From a bacterium (GTDB lineage Bacteria > SAR324 > NAC60-12): a stretch of DNA of 64,000 bases. The stretch is from assembly GCA_965233585.1 (NCBI GenBank), contig CBDDTI010000295.1:32001-96000 (forward strand). Reading direction: 5' to 3'. A program made the position numbers and the translations under genes. Numbering within the stretch: position 1 is the first letter of the stretch; each line of letters begins with the position of its first letter. Below are positions 18,626-28,380 of the stretch, piece after piece. Under the pieces are notes generated by a model. That model saw only the letters and a list, made by a program, of their open reading frames with translations. It was not told the DNA's origin and ran no database searches.

Positions 18626-18805
18626 ATGAGAGACGTTTTTTTACAACAAATGAACGCATGCCTTGCTGGAATTGGAGGAGGTTTTGCGTATCTGCTAAGC
18701 AATCAAAGAGAGTTTACAGTGGAAGTCATAGCGGGAATGGCTTGTCTAACCATAAGCTATGTACTGCTATACTTCAAAATTCAAAACATAAAGGAGGACA
18801 AATGA
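18626..18805 (+). CDS. Small (59 aa) predicted two-helix membrane protein, not in the ORF track
   Basis: Hand translation MRDVFLQQMNACLAGIGGGFAYLLSNQREFTVEVIAGMACLTISYVLLYFKIQNIKEDK. AGGA upstream; the stop overlaps the next ATG (ATGA). Confidence 0.6.
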   Translation: MRDVFLQQMNACLAGIGGGFAYLLSNQREFTVEVIAGMACLTISYVLLYFKIQNIKEDK

Positions 18806-18891
18806 CAGGATATTTTATGCTAGGATTGATCATCATATTTTCATCAATCTGTATTCACAATGCAATCAAAAACGGAAAGAAAAAAGACTAA
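18802..18891 (+). CDS. Small (29 aa) single-helix membrane protein
   Basis: MTGYFMLGLIIIFSSICIHNAIKNGKKKD, with a strong AAGGAGG RBS at 18791 and a basic tail. Confidence 0.6.
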   Translation: MTGYFMLGLIIIFSSICIHNAIKNGKKKD

Positions 18892-19064
18892 GTCTTAGGA
18901 TTATCTGACTTGGTTTTTTTAATCTTCCTAAATCAACAGCATGAAACAAATCATCTAATTGATCAGGTATCAGATCATACGCATGTCTTTGTCCAATCTG
19001 ATAATCAGTCAAATGAAGTTGACATCATTTAAATAAATCGGTTATCTTTGTTGATTTTTACAAA

Positions 19065-19925
19065 ATGTCTCACTTGACTCCCATAGACTATACTACCCCA
19101 GATGCCAGTCAACGATTTGTAGAGTCGTTGTATCATACTGGTTTTGGTGTTTTGAAAAACCACCCACTTTGTATTGATGAAGTCCAGTTGATTTATCAGC
19201 AATGGCATACGTTTTTCCAAAGTGATGAAAAGGAACGTTACCAATATAACCCTGAAAAGATGGACGGCTTCTTCTCAACTCAAATTTCTGAAACAGCCAA
19301 AGGACACAAGACAAGAGACATCAAAGAGTATTATCACTACTATCCTTGGGGCAGGTGTCCTCCACAGCTTAAAGACATCACACATCGTTATTATGAATCT
19401 ACCAAACTTTTTGCTCAAAAATTACTTGGTTGGATAGAGGAACATTCACCAAAAGAGGTGAGGGAAAGGTATAGTATTCCACTTTCACAAATGCACTCTG
19501 ACAATACTTTACTGAGAATCTTGCACTACCCCCCCCTGCCAGAAGAAAGAAAACCAGATGCTTTGCGTGCTGCTGCCCATGAAGACATCAATCTCATTAC
19601 CATTTTGCCAGCATCAAATGAGCCGGGTTTGCAAGTCAAAACCAAAGATGGTGAGTGGCTGCCAATCCCTTGCGATTTTGGAAACTTGATTGTAAACATT
19701 GGAGACATGTTACAAGAAGCATCAGGGCGATACTTCCCTTCTACTTCGCACCGTGTCATCAATCCTGAGGGTATGGACAAACGCAAGTCTCGTATTTCAT
19801 TGCCACTTTTTTTGCATCCAAATAGTGATGTAGTCTTGTCTGACCAGTACACTGCAGGCAGTTATTTGGAAGAAAGGCTCAAAGAATTGGGAGTCAAGGC
19901 ATCAAGTGCTGGTCAAGATAGTTGA
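19065..19925 (+). CDS. 2-oxoglutarate/Fe(II) dioxygenase, isopenicillin N synthase-like family
   Basis: LRILHYPP, HxD motif AHEDIN, NIGDMLQ, distal His in STSHRV and RxS motif RIS. Confidence 0.9.
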   Translation: MSHLTPIDYTTPDASQRFVESLYHTGFGVLKNHPLCIDEVQLIYQQWHTFFQSDEKERYQYNPEKMDGFFSTQISETAKGHKTRDIKEYYHYYPWGRCPPQLKDITHRYYESTKLFAQKLLGWIEEHSPKEVRERYSIPLSQMHSDNTLLRILHYPPLPEERKPDALRAAAHEDINLITILPASNEPGLQVKTKDGEWLPIPCDFGNLIVNIGDMLQEASGRYFPSTSHRVINPEGMDKRKSRISLPLFLHPNSDVVLSDQYTAGSYLEERLKELGVKASSAGQDS

Positions 19926-19943
19926 TAAAATTGATAAAATTGA

Positions 19944-19973
19944 TTGACAAAGATGACTTTGCCAATCTATAAT
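19944..19973 (+). promoter_or_regulatory. Consensus sigma70 promoter for the BMP gene
   Basis: TTGACA-N18-TATAAT, preceded by TTGATAAAA direct repeats. Confidence 0.7.
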
Positions 19974-20020
19974 CCATCACTCTTTATTTATTGTTAACCT
20001 TATTTCTAAACAGGTATCAA

Positions 20021-21025
20021 ATGAAATTGATTAAGCATATTGTGAAGCTCTCGCTCATCGGGGGCTTGGTTGGGTCTGTCGCTTCTGCTGAGGAATTCAA
20101 ACCGGCAGTCATTTATGACGTAAGTGGCAAGCATGATAAATCTTTTGGCGAGGCTGCCTATAACGGGGCAGAAAGATTCAAAAAGGACACCGGAATCAAA
20201 TACAAAGACTTTGAACCGAGTAAACCAATCCAGATTCAACAAACAATGGAACGTTTTGCCAAGAGGAAATATAGCCCCATTGTGGGCGTTGGCTTTATCC
20301 TTGGACCAATCATGGAAGGAGTGGCAAAAAAGTATCCAGATGTTTCTTTTACCGTGATTGATGCAGTGGTTGATTTGCCTAACGTGCAGTCTGTTCTTTA
20401 CAAGGAACACGAAGGGTCGTTTTTGGTTGGAATGTTAGCCGCGATGAAGTCCAAGACAGGGGTTGTAGGTTTTGTTGGAGGTATGGACATTCCAACTATT
20501 AAGAGGTTTGGTTGTGGATACGAACAAGGAGCCAAGCATGTCAATTCTAACATGCAAGTGATCCATAACATGACAGGTACAGACCATACGGCTTGGAGTA
20601 ATCCGACTCGTGCAGGGGAGTTAGCAAGGGCACAGTTTCAGAAGGGTGCAGATGTCATTTTTGCTGCTGCTGGGGGGTCTGGCTTGGGTGTCTATCAGGC
20701 GGCTAAAGAAGCTGGCAAATATGCAATCGGCGTGGATAGCAACCAAAATTATCTACATCCCGGGACGATGCTGACTTCTATGGTCAAAAGGGTAGACGTT
20801 GGTGTTTACAATTCTTTTAATGATTCCCATCAAGGCAAGTTTCAAGCGGGGGTTGTCACACTCGGTTTGAAAGAAGATGGGGTCGGTTGGGCATATGATC
20901 AATACAACAAAGACTTGATTACAGCTGAAATGAAAGCAAGCGTAGAACAAGCCAGAAAGGACATTATCAGTGGCAAAGTCAAGGTGGTTGACTACATTGC
21001 CAATAACAACAAATGCACCTATTGA
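20021..21025 (+). CDS. BMP/PnrA-family nucleoside ABC transporter substrate-binding protein
   Basis: DKSF, EHEGSFLVG, GADVIFAAAGGSG, AIGVDSNQ and TSMVKRVD motifs; cleavable signal peptide. Confidence 0.92.
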   Translation: MKLIKHIVKLSLIGGLVGSVASAEEFKPAVIYDVSGKHDKSFGEAAYNGAERFKKDTGIKYKDFEPSKPIQIQQTMERFAKRKYSPIVGVGFILGPIMEGVAKKYPDVSFTVIDAVVDLPNVQSVLYKEHEGSFLVGMLAAMKSKTGVVGFVGGMDIPTIKRFGCGYEQGAKHVNSNMQVIHNMTGTDHTAWSNPTRAGELARAQFQKGADVIFAAAGGSGLGVYQAAKEAGKYAIGVDSNQNYLHPGTMLTSMVKRVDVGVYNSFNDSHQGKFQAGVVTLGLKEDGVGWAYDQYNKDLITAEMKASVEQARKDIISGKVKVVDYIANNNKCTY

Positions 21026-21044
21026 CTTGACCCAAGCCTGTGTC

Positions 21045-21073
21045 TTCTCAAAAGTCTCTTGGGATTTTGAGAA
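21045..21073 (+). terminator. Intercistronic hairpin after the BMP gene
   Basis: TTCTCAAAA / TTTTGAGAA inverted repeat. Confidence 0.45.
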
Positions 21074-21218
21074 AGGTTTAGTGTATCAATCTTTTTTTTC
21101 AGAGGCAGCAAATTAACATCATGCTGTCTTTGGAAATCCACCGAAGCGTCAAATGTTGCAGTGGCAACTCATTAAGCTCTGCAACTATCTACAACCATAA
21201 AAACATGTTGAACAAGCC

Positions 21219-22088
21219 ATGAATCAAAAACAACTACAAGAGAGTTTTCAAAACTTCCATCATGCTGGTTACTGCGTGATAGAAGATGTAGTACCTCAGC
21301 AAGAGTGTCAAAGACTTCAAAAAGAAATAGGTTTGATTGTTGACGGATTTGACACTGATGAAATGGTCTCTGTTTTTAGTGGCAGCGACAAGAAAAAGAG
21401 GAGTGACCAATATTTTCTGACATCAGGAGATACCATTCGTTGCTTTTTTGAAGAAAAGGCATTTGGCAGCGATGGTCAAATGCTGAAAGCCAGAAAAGAA
21501 TGTATCAACAAAGTCGGACATGCGTTGCATGATTTGAACCCTCAATTTGAGTCGTTCTCTTATTCTCACACCATCTCTGAGATTGTGGAACATCTGCCCT
21601 TGAAAGTCCCTCAGATTATCCAGTCCATGTATATTTTCAAACAACCGCGTATTGGTGGGGAGGTTCGCTGCCATCAAGATAGCACCTACTTTCTGACTGA
21701 CCCTTTAAGTGTTGTTGGTTTATGGTTTGCGTTGGAAGATGCTACGTTAGAAAATGGTTGTTTATGGGCAATCCCTGGAGGGCATCACCAGCCTTTGAAA
21801 GAAATCTTTAAAAGAACAGAGGACAATTTGAGTGGATACCATGAAGAACTTGACAGTTCAAGCTGGGACACAGAACAAGCGATTCCTTTGGAAGTGCCTC
21901 AAGGGAGCTTAATCGTCTTGCATGGGCAACTGCCACACTTTAGCAAAGACAATCTTTCTGCAAAAAGTCGTCATGCCTACACGCTCCATTTGGTAGATGG
22001 CTCTGCTCATTATCACGAAACTAATTGGTTGCAACGTCCCAACATCCCTATCCGAGATTTTAAAACGGTTGCCAACTCTCTCACTTAA
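21219..22088 (+). CDS. Phytanoyl-CoA dioxygenase (PhyH) family protein, PHYHD1-like
   Basis: INKVGHALHD, QSMYIFKQPRIGGEVRCHQDST, LEDATLENGCLW and HFSKDNLSAKSRHAYTLH. Confidence 0.9.
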   Translation: MNQKQLQESFQNFHHAGYCVIEDVVPQQECQRLQKEIGLIVDGFDTDEMVSVFSGSDKKKRSDQYFLTSGDTIRCFFEEKAFGSDGQMLKARKECINKVGHALHDLNPQFESFSYSHTISEIVEHLPLKVPQIIQSMYIFKQPRIGGEVRCHQDSTYFLTDPLSVVGLWFALEDATLENGCLWAIPGGHHQPLKEIFKRTEDNLSGYHEELDSSSWDTEQAIPLEVPQGSLIVLHGQLPHFSKDNLSAKSRHAYTLHLVDGSAHYHETNWLQRPNIPIRDFKTVANSLT

Positions 22089-22185
22089 TTTGCTCAGATT
22101 TGTTGAGTCCTGTCTAAAAATGACGGAGTCAATTTTTTGAGTTTAAACTACCAATCTACAAATTCCCATTCATTGCTAAAAAGCT

Positions 22186-23739
22186 ATGTCTTCGTCTCTT
22201 GCGATTGAACTGGTTGACGTCTGTAAAACATTCGGTCAGGTGGCTGCTAACAGGAAGGTTCACCTTCAAGTTGAACAAGGGACAATTCACGGCATCATTG
22301 GAGAAAATGGTGCGGGCAAATCTACTTTGATGAATATCCTATATGGCTTTTATCAAGCAGATGGTGGACAAATCAGAGTTCATGGAAGGGAAGTCACCAT
22401 GACAAGCCCCAAAGATGCTATTGAAATTGGGATTGGAATGGTGCATCAACATTTCATGTTGGTAGAGAATTTGACTGTTTTGGAAAATATCATACTTGGT
22501 ACAGAACAAAGCGTTTTGATTCGTCAAAACTTCAAACAAGCAAGACAGGTTCTTGATGAAATTGAGAAGCAATATGGTCTGTCTGTAGATTTAGAAACAA
22601 AGGTAGAAAATCTGTCTGTTGGCGCTCAACAACAAGTAGAAATCCTCAAAACACTTTACCGACAATCTAAAATACTCATTTTAGATGAACCCACTGCGGT
22701 TTTGACACCACAAGAAAGTGAAAAACTTTTTAAAATACTAGAAGCCCTCGCCAAAGGTGACGTGACTGTCATTCTCATCACGCATAAACTCAAAGAAATT
22801 ATGGCAATCACAAATCACGTCACAGTGATGCGTGCGGGTGAAGTCGTGATGAACTCCCCTACTTCTTCAACCAATATAGAAGATCTGGCAACTGTTATGA
22901 TTGGTCGCAAACCCCATACAGAACGTCAGCATAAGCAAAATATTGCCAAAACACTTAAATTCCACGTAGAGGGTCTTTCTTATTCAGACAAAAGGGGTGT
23001 TCAACTCCTGAAAAACATCAATTTAAAAGTCCATACAGGTGAAATTGTAGGAATTGCAGGAGTTTCTGGTAATGGTCAAAGCGAGCTTTTGGAGGTTTTG
23101 ACAGGAATGACCCCTTTTGGAAGTGGGTCATTGACACTGCATCACCAAGACGGTTCTACTACTACCATCACGCCACAGCAACCGATGACTCCCAAGCTGA
23201 TGAGGCAACTCAAAGTGGCACACCTTCCAGAAGACAGACTGAAAACAGCCATCATTAAAGACTTTTGGGCAACTGAAAATGCCATCTTAGGCTATCAGGA
23301 CAACAAAATTTACAATCAAGGTTTATTGATGAATCAAGCCAGTATCTTGGAGGACACCAAAAACAAAATGCAAAATTTTGATGTGCGACCTAGTAATCCT
23401 TGTTTATTGATGAAACATTTTTCTGGTGGCAATCAGCAAAAATTAGTCATTGCCAGAGAATTGTCAGCAAAGCCTGATGTCATCATCATTGGACAGCCCA
23501 CAAGAGGGGTGGATATTGGAGCGATTGAGTTCATTCACGACCAAATGATTCAGATGCGTAACAGTGGCGTTGCTATCATTCTTGTCTCTGTGGAACTAGA
23601 TGAAATCAAGGCACTTTCAGACAGAATTGTCGTGATGTGTCAAGGAGAAATCACAGGTGAAGTCTCTGCCCAAGATGCAGATGAGCAAACTCTTGGGTTG
23701 ATGATGGCAAACGCACTCAAAAGAAAAGAAACAGCATGA
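22186..23739 (+). CDS. Nucleoside/sugar ABC transporter ATP-binding protein (double ATPase)
   Basis: GENGAGKST, LDEPT, SGGNQQK and QPTRGVDIG. Confidence 0.95.
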   Translation: MSSSLAIELVDVCKTFGQVAANRKVHLQVEQGTIHGIIGENGAGKSTLMNILYGFYQADGGQIRVHGREVTMTSPKDAIEIGIGMVHQHFMLVENLTVLENIILGTEQSVLIRQNFKQARQVLDEIEKQYGLSVDLETKVENLSVGAQQQVEILKTLYRQSKILILDEPTAVLTPQESEKLFKILEALAKGDVTVILITHKLKEIMAITNHVTVMRAGEVVMNSPTSSTNIEDLATVMIGRKPHTERQHKQNIAKTLKFHVEGLSYSDKRGVQLLKNINLKVHTGEIVGIAGVSGNGQSELLEVLTGMTPFGSGSLTLHHQDGSTTTITPQQPMTPKLMRQLKVAHLPEDRLKTAIIKDFWATENAILGYQDNKIYNQGLLMNQASILEDTKNKMQNFDVRPSNPCLLMKHFSGGNQQKLVIARELSAKPDVIIIGQPTRGVDIGAIEFIHDQMIQMRNSGVAIILVSVELDEIKALSDRIVVMCQGEITGEVSAQDADEQTLGLMMANALKRKETA

Positions 23740-24848
23740 GCAGCGCCAAGAAAGTCACGCCTCTACCTTCTTACATAGATTACTTTGTCTTACCTCTCAT
23801 TAGCATCGCACTATCCTTCTTTTTTGCAGGGTTGGTCATTCATCTTGTCATTGGCGAAGACCCGATGGAGGCTTTTGGCTATATGTTTACTGGTGTCTTT
23901 GGTTATAGTGAAGGGATTGGATACACGCTTTATTACACCACTAATTTTATTTTTGCAGGATTGGCATTTTGTGTCGCATTTAAAGCATCAATGATCAACA
24001 TCGGTGCTGAAGGACAAGGTTATATTGCTTCTTTAGGAGCATCGGCTGTGATTTTATCAATAGACCAGACTTTGCCTAGTTTGATAGTGATTTTGCTCGG
24101 TATGACTAGTGCTGTGGCATTTGGGGCATTTTGGGCATTTGTACCCGGATACCTTAAAGCAACCAGAAGCTCCCACGAAGTCATCACAACCATCATGTTC
24201 AATTTCATTGCCAATGCTTTGGTGCTTTATGTCATTGTCAATTTTCTAATTCCTGAGGGTTCAGAAAGCACTGTCAGCAGAAAATTTGAACCTGATGTGT
24301 GGCTTGTGGACATGCAAACTATCTTGAGCTGGTTTGGTTTTGAAACTGACAAAACACCTGCAAACCTCAGCTTTTTCATGGCACTACTTGTTGCATTTTT
24401 ACTCTGGATTTATGTTTACAAGACACGATTTGGTTTTGCGATTCGTACGGTGGGGCAAAGTGAAAATGTTGCCAATTATGCAGGGTTAGACACCAAACGT
24501 GTCCAAGTGACTGCCATGTGTATCAGTGGCGGACTAGCAGGAATGATGGCAATCAATGCAGTCATGGGCAGTCAACACCATATGATGTTAGAAATTGTTG
24601 CAGGTGAGGGATTTGTTGGGATTGCAGTGGCATTGATTGGTCGCAATCACCCTTTGGGAATTATCCTATCGGCACTGCTCTTCGGTTTTTTGTATCAAGG
24701 CGGGACAGAAATGTCTTTTGAATTGAGCAATATCTCCAAAGAAATGGTCATCGCCATTCAGGGAATGATTGTGTTTTTTGTGGGAGCTTTGCCATTAGCA
24801 TTTAAAGCACCAATAACCAAAATTTATCATCGCTATTTGACACGCTAA
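23736..24848 (+). CDS. Nucleoside ABC transporter permease
   Basis: NIGAEGQ, HEVITTIMFN and GIAVALIGRNHP; polytopic membrane protein. Confidence 0.92.
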   Translation: MSSAKKVTPLPSYIDYFVLPLISIALSFFFAGLVIHLVIGEDPMEAFGYMFTGVFGYSEGIGYTLYYTTNFIFAGLAFCVAFKASMINIGAEGQGYIASLGASAVILSIDQTLPSLIVILLGMTSAVAFGAFWAFVPGYLKATRSSHEVITTIMFNFIANALVLYVIVNFLIPEGSESTVSRKFEPDVWLVDMQTILSWFGFETDKTPANLSFFMALLVAFLLWIYVYKTRFGFAIRTVGQSENVANYAGLDTKRVQVTAMCISGGLAGMMAINAVMGSQHHMMLEIVAGEGFVGIAVALIGRNHPLGIILSALLFGFLYQGGTEMSFELSNISKEMVIAIQGMIVFFVGALPLAFKAPITKIYHRYLTR

Positions 24849-24868
24849 CCGCCAGCCAAGCTATCTAA

Positions 24869-25846
24869 ATGTTTGAATTATACACAGCATTTTTGCAAAC
24901 CATTGATGCAACATTCAGGCTGTCAACGCCCCTAATTTTGGCATCTATGGCTGGGTTATTGTGTGAACGTTCTGGAATCATCAACATTGGTTTGGAAGGC
25001 AAAATGCTGGGGTCTGCTTTCGCTGCGGCAGCTGTTGCCAGTTTAACTGGAAGTGTCTGGCTTGGCATGTTGTCTGCGATGACGCTGGGAGTCATCTTGG
25101 CATTATTGCATGGACTGGCTTGCATCACTTACAGAGGAGACCAAATTATCTCTGGGGTTGCTATCAATATGCTGATGAGTGGCTTCACTGTTTTGATGAG
25201 TCTTGCCATCTTTTCAACATCTGGTACGACCCCCCAACTTTCAGGAGAAGCTCGCTTTAACCCAATCGGACTTCCATTTGCAGAAGTTTTTGGTAAGATT
25301 CCCGTCCTTGGTCCTATCTACCAAGAAGTCATTTCTGGGCATACCTTCCCAGTTTATGCGGCTTTTCTTTCGGTTGGCGTAGTCGCTTGGGTACTGTATC
25401 GGACGACGTTCGGACTGCACTTACGAGCTGTTGGAGAAAATGCCCAAGCCGTAGAAACTGCTGGAATTTCTGTGTACAAAACAAGATATATGGCATTGGT
25501 GGGGTGTGGCATTTTATGTGGTATTTCAGGGAGCTATTTATCTACTGCACAAAATGCTCAATTTTTAAGAGAAATGAGTGCAGGGCAGGGATACATGGCT
25601 CTGGCTGCTCTCATCTTTGGAAAGTGGCGCCCCAGAACGACACTATTCGGTTGCTTACTCTTTGGGTTTTTAGATGCCCTCTCAGTGCGTTTACAAGGCA
25701 CGTCTTTGCCCTACATGGGCGAAATCCCAGTACAGCTTATCCAAGTACTGCCCTACTTGCTCACCGTCGTTTTATTAGCAGGATTCATTGGCAATGCCAT
25801 TGCTCCTAAAAACATTGGACAGCCCTACGAAAAACAGGCGATTTAA
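24869..25846 (+). CDS. Nucleoside ABC transporter permease
   Basis: ERSGIINIGLEG, LRAVGEN, ALAALIFGKW and LPYLLT. Confidence 0.92.
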   Translation: MFELYTAFLQTIDATFRLSTPLILASMAGLLCERSGIINIGLEGKMLGSAFAAAAVASLTGSVWLGMLSAMTLGVILALLHGLACITYRGDQIISGVAINMLMSGFTVLMSLAIFSTSGTTPQLSGEARFNPIGLPFAEVFGKIPVLGPIYQEVISGHTFPVYAAFLSVGVVAWVLYRTTFGLHLRAVGENAQAVETAGISVYKTRYMALVGCGILCGISGSYLSTAQNAQFLREMSAGQGYMALAALIFGKWRPRTTLFGCLLFGFLDALSVRLQGTSLPYMGEIPVQLIQVLPYLLTVVLLAGFIGNAIAPKNIGQPYEKQAI

Positions 25847-25896
25847 AGTTAGGAGAGAGGAACGTTTGGAGGAAAATTTGAAAAGGGAAAAAAGGG

Positions 25897-25922
25897 AATG
25901 GCAACGATTGAACATTGCCATT
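25897..25922. terminator. Probable terminator hairpin between convergent genes
   Basis: AATGGCAA-N10-TTGCCATT followed by a T-rich tract. Confidence 0.55.
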
Positions 25923-25945
25923 TTGTTTGAAAGTCTTGAAGTCTT

Positions 25946-27424
25946 TTAACGTTTCATATTGACCATCGTGTCAATCATTTCATCAGACACAGTCACCGTC
26001 TTCGCATTCGCTTGGAAGGCACGTTGTGTCTCAACCATCGCTACAAATTCCTTAGCAAGGTCAACGTTGGATTCTTCAAGAGTTTGATTACGTGTAACAC
26101 CAAAGCCACCCACACTCGGATTGCCTTTTGAGATACGACCTGCCGCCAGGGAACGTTCAAACAGGTTATCTCCCGCTTTGGTCATTTTTTCTGGATTGTC
26201 AAAAGCCGTGAGCGAAAGCATGCCCATCGGTCTTCGGTGTCCGCTGTCAAATAATCCTTGAATGATGCCATCAGAGGTGACAGAAATGCTTTCTAATGTT
26301 CCGCTGGGGTGTCCATCTGCTTTGATTGCAAGAACTTTGGAAGCTGAGGCAAATTGTGTTACGCCTTCAAGACCCGTTCTTTCGTCAAGTGGGTCATCAG
26401 GGTTTGAGCCTTTTCCAAGATTAACCCCAATAATTTGTGGAGCATCTCCGCCAAAATCTACAACAACTTGTGGAAATCCCGTTTCAGGGTTCACAGGAGC
26501 AGGTTGTAAGATGGGAGGACCTGAAGTAATCGGTTGCCCCGTGGCAGGATCCACTCCCGAAGTTTGTGCCACAAACTGACCTCCTGTTGTTTGAAGCAAA
26601 CGACCATCATCATCAAATTGCAAAAATCCTCCACCGACAGCAATTTTTTGACCGGGACGCTGTCCCAAATCACCACCATCAAAAGTCATATACCATTCCC
26701 ATTGATTCTTGACTCCGGGGGTGGTTTGTCCTGTGGCAGGGTCTGTTTGGGGTGGCACATCAGGTCGTCTTCTGAAGACAACATTTGCGGTGTGTTCTGC
26801 CCCAAGGTCGTCAAACACTGTGACACTTGATGCAAAGTTGTACATGTGGCTTTTGACATTGGTTGGGTCAAATGGAGTGTCGCGAATAGGAGAGTTAGAA
26901 TCTAGGTTTGCCACAGCGGTCACACCACTACCAAACGAGCCATCGCCTGTGCGTTGAGGCGGATCCACCACTCCTAACACTTGCAATTTGTGGGGTAATC
27001 CAACAGCTTCATCTGTCTGGGGGTCTACATCCTGCACCTGAACAAAAAGCCCTCTGTCAGTGGTCAGCATGCCATTTTCATCAAATGTAAAATTTCCTGC
27101 TCGTGTGTAAAATTCCTTGCCAAAGCGGTCTTGCACTGTAAAAAACCCTTTGCCATTGATGGCAAGGTCTGTTTGCTTGTCAGTCATTTTAAATGACCCT
27201 TGTTTAAAACTGGCATTGACGCTGGAGATTCCAACACCTTTGCCAAGTTTTGTAGGACCAATGCCTTGTGAAAAGTCTGATGATAGAATGTCTTCAAAGT
27301 CCACACGGCTCCCCTTGTAACCGACAGTGTTGACATTTGCAATATTACTACCAACAACAGTCATGGTACGACCCATCGTACTCACACCGCTTGCTCCTGC
27401 TCCTAATGCTCCAAGTAATGCCAT
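25946..27424 (-). CDS. flgE: Flagellar hook protein
   Basis: NIANVNTVGYKG, DLAINGKGFF, YTRAGNF and LEESNVDLAKEFVAMVETQRAFQANAK. Confidence 0.93.
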   Translation of the reverse strand: MALLGALGAGASGVSTMGRTMTVVGSNIANVNTVGYKGSRVDFEDILSSDFSQGIGPTKLGKGVGISSVNASFKQGSFKMTDKQTDLAINGKGFFTVQDRFGKEFYTRAGNFTFDENGMLTTDRGLFVQVQDVDPQTDEAVGLPHKLQVLGVVDPPQRTGDGSFGSGVTAVANLDSNSPIRDTPFDPTNVKSHMYNFASSVTVFDDLGAEHTANVVFRRRPDVPPQTDPATGQTTPGVKNQWEWYMTFDGGDLGQRPGQKIAVGGGFLQFDDDGRLLQTTGGQFVAQTSGVDPATGQPITSGPPILQPAPVNPETGFPQVVVDFGGDAPQIIGVNLGKGSNPDDPLDERTGLEGVTQFASASKVLAIKADGHPSGTLESISVTSDGIIQGLFDSGHRRPMGMLSLTAFDNPEKMTKAGDNLFERSLAAGRISKGNPSVGGFGVTRNQTLEESNVDLAKEFVAMVETQRAFQANAKTVTVSDEMIDTMVNMKR

Positions 27425-27459
27425 AGTTTTTTCCTTATTTAAATGTTAATCATCATTCG

Positions 27460-27486
27460 TTGAGTCTATTGGTTTCATAGACTCAA
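27460..27486. other. Perfect 10-bp inverted repeat in the flgD-flgE intergenic region
   Basis: TTGAGTCTAT-N7-ATAGACTCAA. Confidence 0.6.
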
Positions 27487-27563
27487 ATACATATTTTTTG
27501 AAACCTGTATCAAGTGAGAGAGACAGAAAGTTTTGCCTCCATCTCCCATTGGATCATTAAAGT

Positions 27564-28370
27564 TTATTCATTCGTTTTGATTGAAGGTGCTTGAGCATTT
27601 TGCACAGGCACCATCGGCTTAGGTTCTAACTCCGTTTTGATTGGGAAAGGAGTTGCCTGAGAAAATCGCTTGCTAGTTTGATGATCCAACCCTTGAATTT
27701 GAGAAAGAGGAAAACGTTCCCCTGCAATTTCAACCATAGGTTTTCCATTGTCAAAATAGATAGAAGACACACGACCTTGTTTATATTGCTGCGCTTCAAT
27801 CGTTTCGCCTGTGCTAGTTTTGGCATTGATAGAATAACGATAAGTACCAGCAGAAGCGAGGTCTCCTGAGTCATCACGTCCGTCCCAAGTGAAAGAATGT
27901 GTTCCTTTTTGTTGCACTCCTAAGTCTAGGACACGAATCACTTCGCCTTGATCATTAGCCACTTGCACCCTGACAGAGTCTGCCTCTGCATCAAGCGAAT
28001 ACACGCCCTCTGCGCTTTGCCCCTGTTCTATGTTAAGAAAGCTGGAACTCACACGGACGTCTTTGTCCAAAAAGGAATAGGCAGAAGAGGTCACAGAGTC
28101 TCCTTGAATGGCAAGGAGATGATCCATTTTGCGATTCATACCCTGCAACTGCTCCACTGTTCCCATTGAGGTCATTTGTTGCATCATCTTGTTGGAATCC
28201 ATTGGGTCAAGGGGGTCTTGATGAGCCAACTGGGTCATCATCAAATTTAAAAAATCCTGCTTGCCAAGTTCTTTTTGATTCCTTGAAGCACCCTCTGCCC
28301 CATGAGTCTTAGCAGACTGCTGACGAAGGGAAGAGCTTGCTTGATTCACTGCTTGATTCACTGTTGCCAT
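27564..28370 (-). CDS. flgD: Flagellar hook capping protein
   Basis: LGKQDFLNLMMTQLAHQDPLDPMD and the FlgD Ig-like domain FTWDGRDDSG. Confidence 0.93.
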   Translation of the reverse strand: MATVNQAVNQASSSLRQQSAKTHGAEGASRNQKELGKQDFLNLMMTQLAHQDPLDPMDSNKMMQQMTSMGTVEQLQGMNRKMDHLLAIQGDSVTSSAYSFLDKDVRVSSSFLNIEQGQSAEGVYSLDAEADSVRVQVANDQGEVIRVLDLGVQQKGTHSFTWDGRDDSGDLASAGTYRYSINAKTSTGETIEAQQYKQGRVSSIYFDNGKPMVEIAGERFPLSQIQGLDHQTSKRFSQATPFPIKTELEPKPMVPVQNAQAPSIKTNE

Positions 28371-28380
28371 TTGATCTGTC

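Noticed and set aside
18586..18891. 101-aa ORF as listed
   Set aside because: Better explained as two coupled small ORFs (18626-18805 and 18802-18891), given the RBS positions and the ATGA overlap.
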